64,000 nucleotides of DNA from a bacterium (GTDB lineage: Bacteria > Patescibacteriota > Saccharimonadia > Saccharimonadales > SZUA-47): assembly GCA_030428125.1 (NCBI GenBank), contig JAUIBF010000001.1, positions 234,383 through 298,382 on the forward strand, in the 5' to 3' direction. Shown piece by piece: positions 9,706 to 19,700 of the stretch. Under the pieces are notes generated by a model. That model worked only from the letters and a program-made list of their open reading frames with translations. It did no database searches and had not been told where the DNA came from. Within the stretch, counting starts at the first letter, position 1. Each line of letters begins with the position of its first letter. The translations under genes were made by a program, and so were the position numbers.

Positions 9706-11133
9706 ATGGCCCAGACCTTCTATTTTTATGACTTGGAGACCTCAAGTGGCAGTCCACGCGATGGACGGATTATGCAATTTGCGGGCCAGAGAACAGACGA
9801 AAATCTTGAGATAATTGGTGAGCCAGATAATATCCTGGTGCGTTTAGCAGATGACGTAATTCCTGAACCAGATGCTGTGTTAGTACATAAAATAACGCCA
9901 CAAAGGGCGCAAACAGAAGGCATCACTGAAGCAGAGTTTGCTAAGTTCTTTCAGGAAAAAATTGCTACTGCCGATACGGTTTTTGTGGGTTATAACAACA
10001 TTAGGTTTGATGATGAGTTTATGCGCAGGGTTTGTTATAGAACTTTTTACGATCCGTATCAATGGCACTGGAAAGACGGAAAAAGCAGGTGGGATTTACT
10101 TGATGCGATGCGAATGATGCGAGCTTTGCGACCTGAAGGCTTAAAGTGGCCGATGCTTGATGGCAAACCAACGGTAAAGCTCGAGTTAATGGCCAAAGAA
10201 AACGATTTATTGCATGAGAATGCTCATGACGCTCTCAGTGATGTTCAGGCATTAATACAGTTAGCACAAAAGTTCAAAAGTTCACAACCAAAACTCTTTG
10301 GCTATTTACTAAATGCTAGAAGTAAAAAAGCTGTTTCTTCGCTGGTAAGCTCTGGTGAACCGTTCGTCTACACTTCCGGAAAATACAGTAGTGAATATGA
10401 CAAAACTACAGTCGTTTATCCGTTGTTTGCACACCCTAGACGAGAAGCAGCTATTGTATATAATCTACGCGAAAATCCAGAAAAATGGTTCAATAAACCT
10501 GCGGAGGAGCTAGTTAAGCATTGGCAAGTAAGGTACGGTGATGACATTGAGCGTCTGCCGGTAAAAACTCTGCAATTTAATAAATGTCCGGCTGTTGCAC
10601 CGATGGGTGTTTTGGACGAGGAATCTCAGGATAGGCTGAGCGTTGATTTAGAAGAGATTTCTAAAAATTTGAGCATTATAAAAAGCAATCAAAACTTTAT
10701 TTCTGAGCTAGAAAAAGCGCTGGATATTATCGAAAACGCTCAACAAACAAAACTCTCTCTAGACGATTCAGTAGATAATAAAATTTACGATGAATTTTGG
10801 GTTGACTCCGATCAACGAGAACTGCAGCTAATTAGGGCAGCAGAACCAAATGAAATTAGTGGTCTAATAACTACAGTTAAAAACCAAAGAATCAGAGATA
10901 TGATTCCTTTGTACATAGCGCGAAATTTCCCTAACGTACTAGATAGTGAGCAGCGTGAGAAGTGGGAAGAGCACAGGCAAAAAGTGTTCTATGGAGGAGG
11001 AGAAAAAAGTAGATTTTCTAAGTTCTCCAAACGTATGCAAGAGTTAGGTAAGTCAAAGCTTAATTCGGAGCAAGAGTATCTTCTTACAGAGTTGCAGCTT
11101 TATGCCGAGTCAGTATTGCCGGAACCATCCTAG
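9706..11133 (+). CDS. sbcB: Exodeoxyribonuclease I
   Basis: FYDLET, QFAGQRTD, GYNNIRFDDEF, AHDALSDV and NKCPAVAP motifs. Confidence 0.95.
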   Translation: MAQTFYFYDLETSSGSPRDGRIMQFAGQRTDENLEIIGEPDNILVRLADDVIPEPDAVLVHKITPQRAQTEGITEAEFAKFFQEKIATADTVFVGYNNIRFDDEFMRRVCYRTFYDPYQWHWKDGKSRWDLLDAMRMMRALRPEGLKWPMLDGKPTVKLELMAKENDLLHENAHDALSDVQALIQLAQKFKSSQPKLFGYLLNARSKKAVSSLVSSGEPFVYTSGKYSSEYDKTTVVYPLFAHPRREAAIVYNLRENPEKWFNKPAEELVKHWQVRYGDDIERLPVKTLQFNKCPAVAPMGVLDEESQDRLSVDLEEISKNLSIIKSNQNFISELEKALDIIENAQQTKLSLDDSVDNKIYDEFWVDSDQRELQLIRAAEPNEISGLITTVKNQRIRDMIPLYIARNFPNVLDSEQREKWEEHRQKVFYGGGEKSRFSKFSKRMQELGKSKLNSEQEYLLTELQLYAESVLPEPS

Positions 11134-11306
11134 ATGGTCAAGTACTGAATCTTGTTTATAGCTTCTGTTAAAATTCGACTTTTTTCTTTGTACAAAAGAC
11201 TAATAAGATAGGCGAAACTAACAATACAAAACATTGTTGCTATATTATCGAAACCAATTTGAACTTCTGTCCCAGGTATATAACCCAGAACTATAAACTG
11301 CATCAT
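11130..11306 (-). CDS. Small membrane protein (58 aa, not in the ORF track)
   Basis: MMQFIVLGYIPGTEVQIGFDNIATMFCIVSFAYLISLLYKEKSRILTEAINKIQYLTI*; GAGGTGG upstream; stop overlaps the sbcB stop. Confidence 0.65.
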   Translation of the reverse strand: MMQFIVLGYIPGTEVQIGFDNIATMFCIVSFAYLISLLYKEKSRILTEAINKIQYLTI

Positions 11307-11371
11307 TACTACAATGCCACCTCTCTTCTATTAAGCTTAAGGTAACATAAAATGGACTAAAAATCAAGTAT

Positions 11372-11818
11372 TTAGTTTGGTTTATTGCGTCTTGATGCCG
11401 GTCGTACTTTTTTATCCAGCCAAATTATACGGTCTCTATTGAGCATAAAAATAGTAGTAGAGCCTGCTAAAATCAAGTAACTGAATCCTTTCCAGAACCA
11501 GCCTTCGGCAACAACATTGAACCAAGTTCCGCCTACCAAACAAACTACAACAAAAATATCCCAAGCCCATTTAACCCAAGAGATGTCGGGGAAGAAAACG
11601 TGGCGTAGAGATTCGCTGCGAACTTTTGCATAATGCAACCATCTATCAGCCCAGTCATGATTTGCGGCAAGCAAGCCCAGGCCCGCGATTAACAGAGGAA
11701 TTCCACCCGGCCCAGGCAGGGGCCCCAGTAGTGGTACAAGAATCAAACAAATAACTCCTGCTATGTCGGTGAGTATGATTTTTATCACACTATTTCGTCG
11801 TTCTTCATCTTTTGACAT
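11372..11818 (-). CDS. Membrane protein with PGPG motif (PGPGW/TIGR02611-like)
   Basis: LLGPLPGPGGIPLLIAGLGLLA...WA; about 4 hydrophobic segments. Confidence 0.75.
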   Translation of the reverse strand: MSKDEERRNSVIKIILTDIAGVICLILVPLLGPLPGPGGIPLLIAGLGLLAANHDWADRWLHYAKVRSESLRHVFFPDISWVKWAWDIFVVVCLVGGTWFNVVAEGWFWKGFSYLILAGSTTIFMLNRDRIIWLDKKVRPASRRNKPN

Positions 11819-11914
11819 GTACTCTAACAGTATACTTTATAACTTTTACACTTGTGAAAGAATAAATCTCTGCTACTCTAAGGGTAAGTTCAAGTGTAAA
11901 ACAAAGAGGTTAGA

Positions 11915-12718
11915 ATGCACACGAGACACATAAACAGAAATCCTAGGGGCGGATTGTACCCCGGGAGAAGAGAAGTTGATACTAGACCAGATATTGAGTC
12001 AGTGAAAGTTCCAAGTGTAAAGATAGGTCGTTATGTTGATTTTAGTGGTGATGGGGTGCTGTTCGCCAACTACCTTAGGCGACTAGAACTAGATGAAGGC
12101 AACGCTAGAGGACTCTCAAAAGGATGGTTCTCAATAGCCATGTCACCTATTTTTGTAGAGTACGCAGACATAACAACAGGCTTAGGTGAAATGCTGGTTG
12201 ATAGAGCAAGACCTCGAACGTATGCAGGCGAAGTTCGCAGAACCGTTGAAAGTTTACGCACCAATATAAGAGGTATCACAGCTAGCGACAGTGAGAGAGT
12301 AGATAAACTTAATGCATCAAGAAAAGAAGCAGTCGCAACGGCTATAGCAAATGGCGATCATGTTGATGAGATTCAAGAATTTTCCTGGCTGCATGAACCG
12401 GAGTCATCAAGATGGGGTACATCGTTATTTAGTCTTTTAAAGCAGCCCAAGGTTATGGCTACAAGTGGGAGCACCACTGCACACGAATACGGATTTCCGA
12501 TAGCGCAAGGCTTACAAGACCAGATTTTACGAGATGATCTTGCAGAGTTAATCAAAAGCGAAGGCTTACCACTACCTGAGCAAATGCAAAAAGGAAAACG
12601 ACCGGTAGTGCCAGCATTGTCTCTGCACAGAGAATTGTCAGGAATGGTGGGAGGAGAGCCAGTTTTGCCAGTTCCTCCTCAAGTACAGCTCGGACCACTA
12701 GAAATTCATCGATTTTGA
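11915..12718 (+). CDS. Hypothetical protein
   Basis: 267 aa ORF with GAGG SD. Confidence 0.75.
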   Translation: MHTRHINRNPRGGLYPGRREVDTRPDIESVKVPSVKIGRYVDFSGDGVLFANYLRRLELDEGNARGLSKGWFSIAMSPIFVEYADITTGLGEMLVDRARPRTYAGEVRRTVESLRTNIRGITASDSERVDKLNASRKEAVATAIANGDHVDEIQEFSWLHEPESSRWGTSLFSLLKQPKVMATSGSTTAHEYGFPIAQGLQDQILRDDLAELIKSEGLPLPEQMQKGKRPVVPALSLHRELSGMVGGEPVLPVPPQVQLGPLEIHRF

Positions 12719-12760
12719 CAAAATTACCACTAAGTATTGTGGTATAATCATTTTTAAGGG

Positions 12761-13441
12761 ATGGCAAGAGTAGCAATATTTGAAACATATGCTCCGGTGC
12801 ACTTTGACGGCGAAGAAGATTTTTTCGGTAGAGTCACTGCACTAGTGAGAGACCACCTAGATGATAATAGGTCATCTGGTGGTGTTGTCACGCGAACAAG
12901 CGATAGATTGATTGCTGGCGTAAGCAACCGAGCACAAGTTTTCAACGAGGGCAGGTACTACTTCGGCAGACTATTAGTTCCCAATGTTACGCACAACAGT
13001 AGAAAATTGGACCAAATTCGCGATCAGCTTCTTGAACCAGATGGTGCATACACTAAGTTTGCCGGTGCTCTTATGGAGCTGACAATTGATAAAATTTCAA
13101 CGGTTGAAATTGGAACAGCAGCAGGCAGAAACACATTGATTGTTGCCGGTAATTCCAGACAACTAGATCCAGACATCAAAGTAGTTGATAACTCACTTGC
13201 AGAGTACACAGATGTAGTTGTGGATGCGACTAATAACTTAGTGAGGAGAAGGCAGTCAATGGAAGGCGCTAGTTTTAATACCCTTAATGGCTGTATGCCG
13301 ATTGCCTCTCTAGGCAATGTTGCAACTACGGGTATTGATACCGAACTGCTGGTCAAGAACATAGGTGAATTGGTCGAGGATCCACTAGAAACCTTTGTAG
13401 AGATACCGCAGGATGGTCTGGTGACAGTACTCAAGAGTTAA
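12761..13441 (+). CDS. Hypothetical protein
   Basis: 226 aa ORF preceded by TGgTATAAT. Confidence 0.75.
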   Translation: MARVAIFETYAPVHFDGEEDFFGRVTALVRDHLDDNRSSGGVVTRTSDRLIAGVSNRAQVFNEGRYYFGRLLVPNVTHNSRKLDQIRDQLLEPDGAYTKFAGALMELTIDKISTVEIGTAAGRNTLIVAGNSRQLDPDIKVVDNSLAEYTDVVVDATNNLVRRRQSMEGASFNTLNGCMPIASLGNVATTGIDTELLVKNIGELVEDPLETFVEIPQDGLVTVLKS

Positions 13442-13488
13442 ATCTTACATTTTGACCGATACAAAATAAGTATTTATAATAGAATGTC

Positions 13489-16305
13489 ATGTCTGAGGTG
13501 ATAAAGGTTCAGGGTGCTCGAGAGCACAATCTGAAAAATATCGATATAGATATACCCCGCAACAAGCTGGTGGTTATTACTGGATTGAGTGGATCTGGTA
13601 AATCTTCGTTAGCGTTCGACACTATTTATGCCGAAGGTCAACGACGCTACGTCGAATCTTTGAGTGCCTATGCACGCCAATTTTTGGGACTTATGGAAAA
13701 ACCCGATGTAGATTACATCGAAGGCTTAAGCCCAGCGATATCAATTGACCAAAAATCTACTTCTAGAAATCCTCGCTCAACTGTCGCGACTGTCACAGAA
13801 ATTTATGATTATTTGCGACTACTTTACGCACGGATTGGGACTGCACACGGACCTGATGGCAAGCCAATTCAGACAATGACCACTCAGGACATTGCCGAAG
13901 GTGTAGAACGTCTACCCGGAGGCCATAGGTTGATGGTTTTAGCGCCCGTAGTTATCGATAAAAAAGGTGAGCACGCCCATATTCCAGAACTATATACTCG
14001 TCAAGGTTATGCAAGAGTTCGCGTTGATGGAGTCGTGTACAGCTTAGAAGAATTTCCGAGTTTAGATAAAAAATACAAACACAATATTGAAGTGGTCGTT
14101 GATAGGGTAGTCAATAATGAAGATCAAAAAAGCCGAATATTCCAAGCTGTAGAAAACGCTTTGCAGTTGGCCGATGGACAGCTGGCTGTTCTTGATGTCG
14201 ATGATGAAGATAAACTACACCGGTTTTCACAGAGATACTACAATCCAGATTACCCGGATTTCATTGCGCCGGACATGGAGCCACGGACATTTAGTTTTAA
14301 TAACCCACACGGGGCCTGTCCAGTATGTACAGGTCTTGGTAACAGACTAGAAGTCGATCCGGAACTAGTAATGCCAAACGGTAAGTTGACAATTGCAGAA
14401 GGGGCGATTCGTCCGTACAATCGGATGGCTCCTGATGCATGGAATATGAAGAAGATGGCAGCCGTTGCTGAGAGGTACAAGTTTTCAATCCATGTTCCGA
14501 CGTCAGAACTTACTGAATCACAATTAGAAAAAATCTTGTACGGGACGGCCAGAGAAACTTACTCAATTGCTCTCGGGTCTGGTAGATATTTCGACACAAC
14601 TTATGAAGGCGTTATACCAAATCTCGAACGACGCCACAAAGAGACCGACAGTGACTTTATGCGTCGTGAAATTGAGCGATTCATGGTTGAGCGTCCATGC
14701 CACGCCTGTCATGGCAAGCGTCTGAAACCCGAAGTTTTGGCGGTTACGGTTCACAATCAATCAATCATGGACATTTGTGAGTTGCCTGTTGCAGACGCAG
14801 TTGAGTTCTTTGCCAAACTAAAATTAAGCGAGAGAGAGCTTAGGATCGCTAAGCAAATTATTAAAGAAATTAACGACAGGCTCAGATTCCTGCATGAAGT
14901 CGGGCTAGGCTATCTAACACTAGCCAGAAGTGCTAGTACCTTGTCTGGTGGAGAAGCTCAGAGAATTAGACTGGCAACGCAAATAGGTTCAGGATTGCAG
15001 GGTGTTTTGTATGTTTTGGACGAGCCATCAATAGGCCTTCATCAGCGTGATAACGAACGGTTGATAGCGACACTGAAGCGACTGAAAGAACTAGGTAATA
15101 CAGTAATTGTTGTCGAACACGATGAAGATACAATCAAAACCGCAGATTATTTAGTAGATATTGGTCCGAAAGCTGGAGTTCATGGAGGTGAAGTAGTAGC
15201 ACACGGGAAGCCTGAAGATGTAGCAAAAACTAAAGCCAGCATTACGGGTCAGTATTTACGCGGTGAACTAAAAATTGACATGCCAAGAACCAGGCGTAAA
15301 GGTAGCGGTAAAACATTAAATGTTCGTGGTGCGCGTGAGCACAACTTAAAAAACATTGATGTAGAAATCCCGTTAGGCAAGATGGTGGTTGTCAGTGGAG
15401 TAAGTGGTTCCGGCAAAAGTACATTAATTAACGACATTGTTGCAAAAGAACTGCACGTAAGGCTTAATCGTGCTCACGAGGCAGTTGGTAGGCATGATGA
15501 TATTGAGGGAATCGATAACCTGGACAAAGTTATTATCATTGATCAGTCGCCAATTGGTAGAACCCCTCGGTCTAATCCTGCAACATATGTTGGACTTTTC
15601 ACTCCAATTAGAGACTTATTTGCTGCAACCCCTGAAGCGAAAATTAGGGGCTACAAGCCAGGCAGATTCAGCTTTAACGTTAAGGGTGGACGTTGCGAAA
15701 ACTGTCAGGGCGACGGAATGATAAAAATTGAAATGCACTTTTTGCCTGATGTTTATGTCCCGTGTGAAGTTTGTAAGGGCAAGCGCTACAACCGTGAAGC
15801 ACTAGAAATTCACTACAAAGGTAAAACCATTGCCGACATTTTAGAAATGACAGTCGAGCAGGCGTTCGAATTTTTCCAGAACATACCAGCAATAGCACGT
15901 AAGTTAGAAACACTAGTTCAGGTAGGCTTGGGCTACATGCATCTGGGCCAGTCCGCAACAACACTGTCAGGCGGAGAAGCTCAGAGAGTGAAGCTTGCTA
16001 CCGAGCTGTCTAAACGCTCAACAGGCAGAACGCTTTATGTATTGGACGAGCCAACAACGGGGCTGCATATGGATGATGTAAATAGGTTGCTCGAAGTTTT
16101 GCATGCCCTGGTCGATACAGGCAACAGCATGGTGATAATCGAACACAATTTGGACGTGATCAAAAACGCAGATCACATTATAGATATGGGTCCAGAAGGT
16201 GGAGCAGGTGGTGGACAGGTAATTGCCGAGGGCACACCTGAGCAAGTCTCTAAAGTAAAAGATTCATTTACCGGTCAATTTTTAAAAAACATCATAGCTA
16301 AATAA
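13489..16305 (+). CDS. uvrA: Excinuclease ABC subunit A
   Basis: Two ABC ATPase domains ([26 protein letters not shown] x2). Confidence 0.99.
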   Translation: MSEVIKVQGAREHNLKNIDIDIPRNKLVVITGLSGSGKSSLAFDTIYAEGQRRYVESLSAYARQFLGLMEKPDVDYIEGLSPAISIDQKSTSRNPRSTVATVTEIYDYLRLLYARIGTAHGPDGKPIQTMTTQDIAEGVERLPGGHRLMVLAPVVIDKKGEHAHIPELYTRQGYARVRVDGVVYSLEEFPSLDKKYKHNIEVVVDRVVNNEDQKSRIFQAVENALQLADGQLAVLDVDDEDKLHRFSQRYYNPDYPDFIAPDMEPRTFSFNNPHGACPVCTGLGNRLEVDPELVMPNGKLTIAEGAIRPYNRMAPDAWNMKKMAAVAERYKFSIHVPTSELTESQLEKILYGTARETYSIALGSGRYFDTTYEGVIPNLERRHKETDSDFMRREIERFMVERPCHACHGKRLKPEVLAVTVHNQSIMDICELPVADAVEFFAKLKLSERELRIAKQIIKEINDRLRFLHEVGLGYLTLARSASTLSGGEAQRIRLATQIGSGLQGVLYVLDEPSIGLHQRDNERLIATLKRLKELGNTVIVVEHDEDTIKTADYLVDIGPKAGVHGGEVVAHGKPEDVAKTKASITGQYLRGELKIDMPRTRRKGSGKTLNVRGAREHNLKNIDVEIPLGKMVVVSGVSGSGKSTLINDIVAKELHVRLNRAHEAVGRHDDIEGIDNLDKVIIIDQSPIGRTPRSNPATYVGLFTPIRDLFAATPEAKIRGYKPGRFSFNVKGGRCENCQGDGMIKIEMHFLPDVYVPCEVCKGKRYNREALEIHYKGKTIADILEMTVEQAFEFFQNIPAIARKLETLVQVGLGYMHLGQSATTLSGGEAQRVKLATELSKRSTGRTLYVLDEPTTGLHMDDVNRLLEVLHALVDTGNSMVIIEHNLDVIKNADHIIDMGPEGGAGGGQVIAEGTPEQVSKVKDSFTGQFLKNIIAK

Positions 16306-16715
16306 TGAAAACATCGCCGGTTTGTACTTTTAGTAACTTGTCCAATCCGGACATCGCCAATAATTTCCATGCGATTCAAGTAATTGATAGAGCCGCGACC
16401 GACTGCCTAGACACCGACCCCTACGATGAACCACAAAGAGCAGCCGCGCTTTTAGCAATACTTTTTGCTACTGTGCAAGAGCAACAACCAAAGAGAATTT
16501 ACTTCGAAGGAAACGACACCTCGATAATGGCGCAGTCATATTACGCCCTGGATGACCTATGGTTAGAAGATGACCTAGAGCTTTTTGAAGACCCAAAGTC
16601 ATTTATTGAGCGCAATAAAAGGCTAAACGTATATCTTGAAGCTACATGCTTGCTACTGTCGAACATGGATTTAAATCCCAACAATAATCCAATTGTTGCG
16701 GCGCTCGATAGTTGA
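16305..16715 (+). CDS. Hypothetical protein
   Basis: 136 aa ORF coupled to uvrA by a TAATG overlap. Confidence 0.65.
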   Translation: MKTSPVCTFSNLSNPDIANNFHAIQVIDRAATDCLDTDPYDEPQRAAALLAILFATVQEQQPKRIYFEGNDTSIMAQSYYALDDLWLEDDLELFEDPKSFIERNKRLNVYLEATCLLLSNMDLNPNNNPIVAALDS

Positions 16716-16756
16716 GTTCAATCTGTTATAATAGTATTAAAGAAACGAGGAAAATA

Positions 16757-17416
16757 ATGTCAGACAGTATTGAATTAGTAGCAGAGAAACGTGAAATTAC
16801 CGGTAAAAAGGTACGAGCTTTGCGAGCTGAGGGTTACATCCCAGCAACGGTTTATGAAAAAGGAAAAGACTCAATCAATGTTAGAGTTCCGTATATTCCA
16901 CTAACAAAAGCTTATGCAACAGCAGGGCAGGGACAACCAGTAGAGCTAACTGTTGATAAGAAAAAAATCCTAACTATGATCAAGGATGTTCATATTGACC
17001 CTGCTAAAAATACTATTATGCACGTTGCTTTTCATGCAGTGAACGCTAATGATCCGGTGGAAGCTGAAATTCCTGTGCATATTGAAGGTGATGTTCCTGC
17101 TGAAAAGGCTGGAAACTTTATTGTCCGACCAAACGACCACGTACTAGTGAAAGCATTGCCTGCAGACCTGCCTGAAGTATTGAACGTAAGTGCCGAAAAA
17201 CTAGTAGAGCCCGGCGATCACATCACTGTTGCTGATATTGCTGCAGTTCCAAAAGTAGAGATTCTTGCAGAGCCAGAAACCGTGTTAGCTACAGTTGAAG
17301 AGCCACGAAAAGTCGAAGAAGAACCAGAAGAAGCTGAAGTTGACGCAGCCGATGTGCCAAGCGCTCACGGTGGCGATGAGGGTGATTCCTCCGAAGAGCC
17401 AAAAGAAGACGAATAG
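16757..17416 (+). CDS. rplY: 50S ribosomal protein L25/Ctc
   Basis: LRAEGYIPATVY and MHVAFHAV motifs, Ctc C-domain, acidic tail; GAGG SD supports ATG at 16757. Confidence 0.93.
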   Translation: MSDSIELVAEKREITGKKVRALRAEGYIPATVYEKGKDSINVRVPYIPLTKAYATAGQGQPVELTVDKKKILTMIKDVHIDPAKNTIMHVAFHAVNANDPVEAEIPVHIEGDVPAEKAGNFIVRPNDHVLVKALPADLPEVLNVSAEKLVEPGDHITVADIAAVPKVEILAEPETVLATVEEPRKVEEEPEEAEVDAADVPSAHGGDEGDSSEEPKEDE

Positions 17417-17428
17417 GCGTAACCGTTA

Positions 17429-17457
17429 TTGACATATTTAGTCATATTTGGTATAAT
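17429..17457 (+). promoter_or_regulatory. Consensus sigma70 promoter, near-leaderless transcript
   Basis: TTGACA-17-TATAAT, 8 nt before ATG 17466. Confidence 0.8.
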
Positions 17458-17465
17458 ATTATACT

Positions 17466-17789
17466 ATGACAGAGTATGCCTCCGAAACCCCCATCTTTGA
17501 TATAGGACAACCCGAATCAGCAAGCACAGTCCTAGATGTTGCACCTAATTCCTCTAAGTATTTTAGGTGTGAAGATGGTAATCTACTAAGCCCAGTAGAT
17601 ACGGTTACGATGTTAACCAGGCTAGAACTCGATGTTGACCCTCATCAAATTCAACAAATGGTAGAGCCTAGCCTTTTAGGGATAGCAAACGCAACGCATG
17701 TTGCGATCCTCCAGCATCACAACGAAAGAATCCGTCGTGCGCTAGATGCTAGTACGTGGTTTACGGAGTATTCTCAGATTCAAGCTTAG
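17466..17789 (+). CDS. Hypothetical protein
   Basis: 107 aa ORF directly after a perfect promoter. Confidence 0.7.
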   Translation: MTEYASETPIFDIGQPESASTVLDVAPNSSKYFRCEDGNLLSPVDTVTMLTRLELDVDPHQIQQMVEPSLLGIANATHVAILQHHNERIRRALDASTWFTEYSQIQA

Positions 17790-19558
17790 TCGTCTTGTAA
17801 GAAGCCACCAGATTGATGTTTCCAAAGCCTCGCGTAGCGTCCATTTTTCTTTTTAACTAGTGCAGAGTGTGAGCCTTCCTCTACAATTTTTCCTTCGTCC
17901 AGGACTATTATTCTGTCCATTTTTTGAATTGTACTTAGGCGATGAGCAATCACAATTGCTGTCTTGCCTTCCATCAATTTCCACAGAGCATCCTGTATTA
18001 ACTGTTCACTCTCAGAGTCAAGTGCAGAGGTAGCCTCATCAAGCAATAGAATTGGTGCATCTTTAACCATCGCTCTTGCGATTGCAACTCGTTGTTTTTG
18101 GCCTCCGGATAGTTTAACTCCACGCTCGCCGACTAGTGTTTCGTAACCTTTTTCAAGAGAATTTATGAATTCGCTAGCATGCGCGTTATCAGCTGCTTTG
18201 GTTATATCTTCGTCGCCTGCATTCTCGTCTCCGTATGCGATATTTTCACGTAGTGAACGATGGAAAAGCAACGGTTCTTGTGGAACGTAACTGACAATAC
18301 TGCGTAAATTGTCTTGTGTAACATCACGGATATCGACACCATTAACCTTAATTGATCCAGATTGAATGTCTTTAAATCTAAGAAGAAGTTTGGTCAAGGT
18401 AGTTTTACCCGAGCCTGAATGACCAACCAGGCCTATCTTTTCTCCATTTTTAATATTCAAATCAAAGTCTTCGAATAATTTATTGTTGTCGTGTGAAAAC
18501 GTGACATTCTCAAAATTAATCCGTCCATCATCATTAGGCATATTTACAGGATTTGCAGGGTCAACAATTTCTGGCTTGCGCATTAGGTTTTGTGCACCTT
18601 CTTCTGCATCGCCAAGTGATTTGTTTAGGTTACGCAAGGTGCGCTGAGAAAAGTCCCACAACCTTATGGTTAGATTGGTTGTATATGTGTATACCAGAAA
18701 TACCGTCCCGATTTCAGCATCATAAATCATGACGCTAACAACGGCCATTATTAGAGCTAGTGAAGAAATAGTGCCCGTCGATAGAGCAAAGATGTTTTCA
18801 CGATGAAGCTGCGCCCATTTAAGTTTATGCGTAGAGTTCTCCAAAGTTTTTGTAGCTCGTGCGAATCTGGAGTTCTCATAAGATTTTCTTGCAAAACTTT
18901 TTACTGCCAACACATTGGTAATCATGTCTGCCAGATAGCCTGTCACAATGTTCTGCTTTGAGGCTTCTACCGAAGAAAGCTGACGTATTCTTTTGGTAAT
19001 TTTTACTGCAATAACCATGTAAACTACCGAAAGAGTGTAGAACATTATCACGTAAGTAGGCACTCTAGACCAAAGTACTATCCCTGTTGCAATAAAAATA
19101 GTAAGTAGCCCATAAACCTCGAACACAAAGGTATCGGCTATGCGTATATAGCTGCCTACGAGCTTGTTGCTTCTAGAAACAAGCGAGCCTCCAAATGAGT
19201 TGTTATGGAACTCCATATCTATCTCAGTAAAGTGATTAAAAATCCTGCGCATTAAGTCTCTAACAACTTTGGCTTCTACCGTCCAGACAATGTAGATAAC
19301 AATTCTCCAACCAATCGTGTTCGTAAAAAGGATAAGACCTGTATACAGAAGAAGCTCAGGACCGAACGAAGCCCAAACTTCACCTGATGTAAACTCCCCG
19401 GCAGTTAGTTTGTTTAACACGTCAGCAGCAATTAGTGGGGGGATTATCTGGTTTAAGATTAAAAGTATCGGATGCCAAATCAGCAATACTAGGACGTATT
19501 TTTTATACTTCCATGCATGTTCAAAATATAGCCTAAATATATACTTCGTTACTGACAT
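17786..19558 (-). CDS. ABC exporter, fused permease/ATPase (MdlB/MsbA-like)
   Basis: TM domain plus GHSGSGKTT, LSGGQKQR, LLDEATSALD and AHRLST motifs. Confidence 0.95.
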   Translation of the reverse strand: MSVTKYIFRLYFEHAWKYKKYVLVLLIWHPILLILNQIIPPLIAADVLNKLTAGEFTSGEVWASFGPELLLYTGLILFTNTIGWRIVIYIVWTVEAKVVRDLMRRIFNHFTEIDMEFHNNSFGGSLVSRSNKLVGSYIRIADTFVFEVYGLLTIFIATGIVLWSRVPTYVIMFYTLSVVYMVIAVKITKRIRQLSSVEASKQNIVTGYLADMITNVLAVKSFARKSYENSRFARATKTLENSTHKLKWAQLHRENIFALSTGTISSLALIMAVVSVMIYDAEIGTVFLVYTYTTNLTIRLWDFSQRTLRNLNKSLGDAEEGAQNLMRKPEIVDPANPVNMPNDDGRINFENVTFSHDNNKLFEDFDLNIKNGEKIGLVGHSGSGKTTLTKLLLRFKDIQSGSIKVNGVDIRDVTQDNLRSIVSYVPQEPLLFHRSLRENIAYGDENAGDEDITKAADNAHASEFINSLEKGYETLVGERGVKLSGGQKQRVAIARAMVKDAPILLLDEATSALDSESEQLIQDALWKLMEGKTAIVIAHRLSTIQKMDRIIVLDEGKIVEEGSHSALVKKKNGRYARLWKHQSGGFLQDD

Positions 19559-19700
19559 TTTTCCTCAAACTTTTTTGTATTGGACCGGCTTTTAATTTTT
19601 ATTCTAGCCGTTCTTGCAAGAATTTAAATTTAGAAGGTTAACTATACTCTAGTTTAAATTCTAATGCAAACACCTTTATTTTATCTGTTAGAATTATTTT

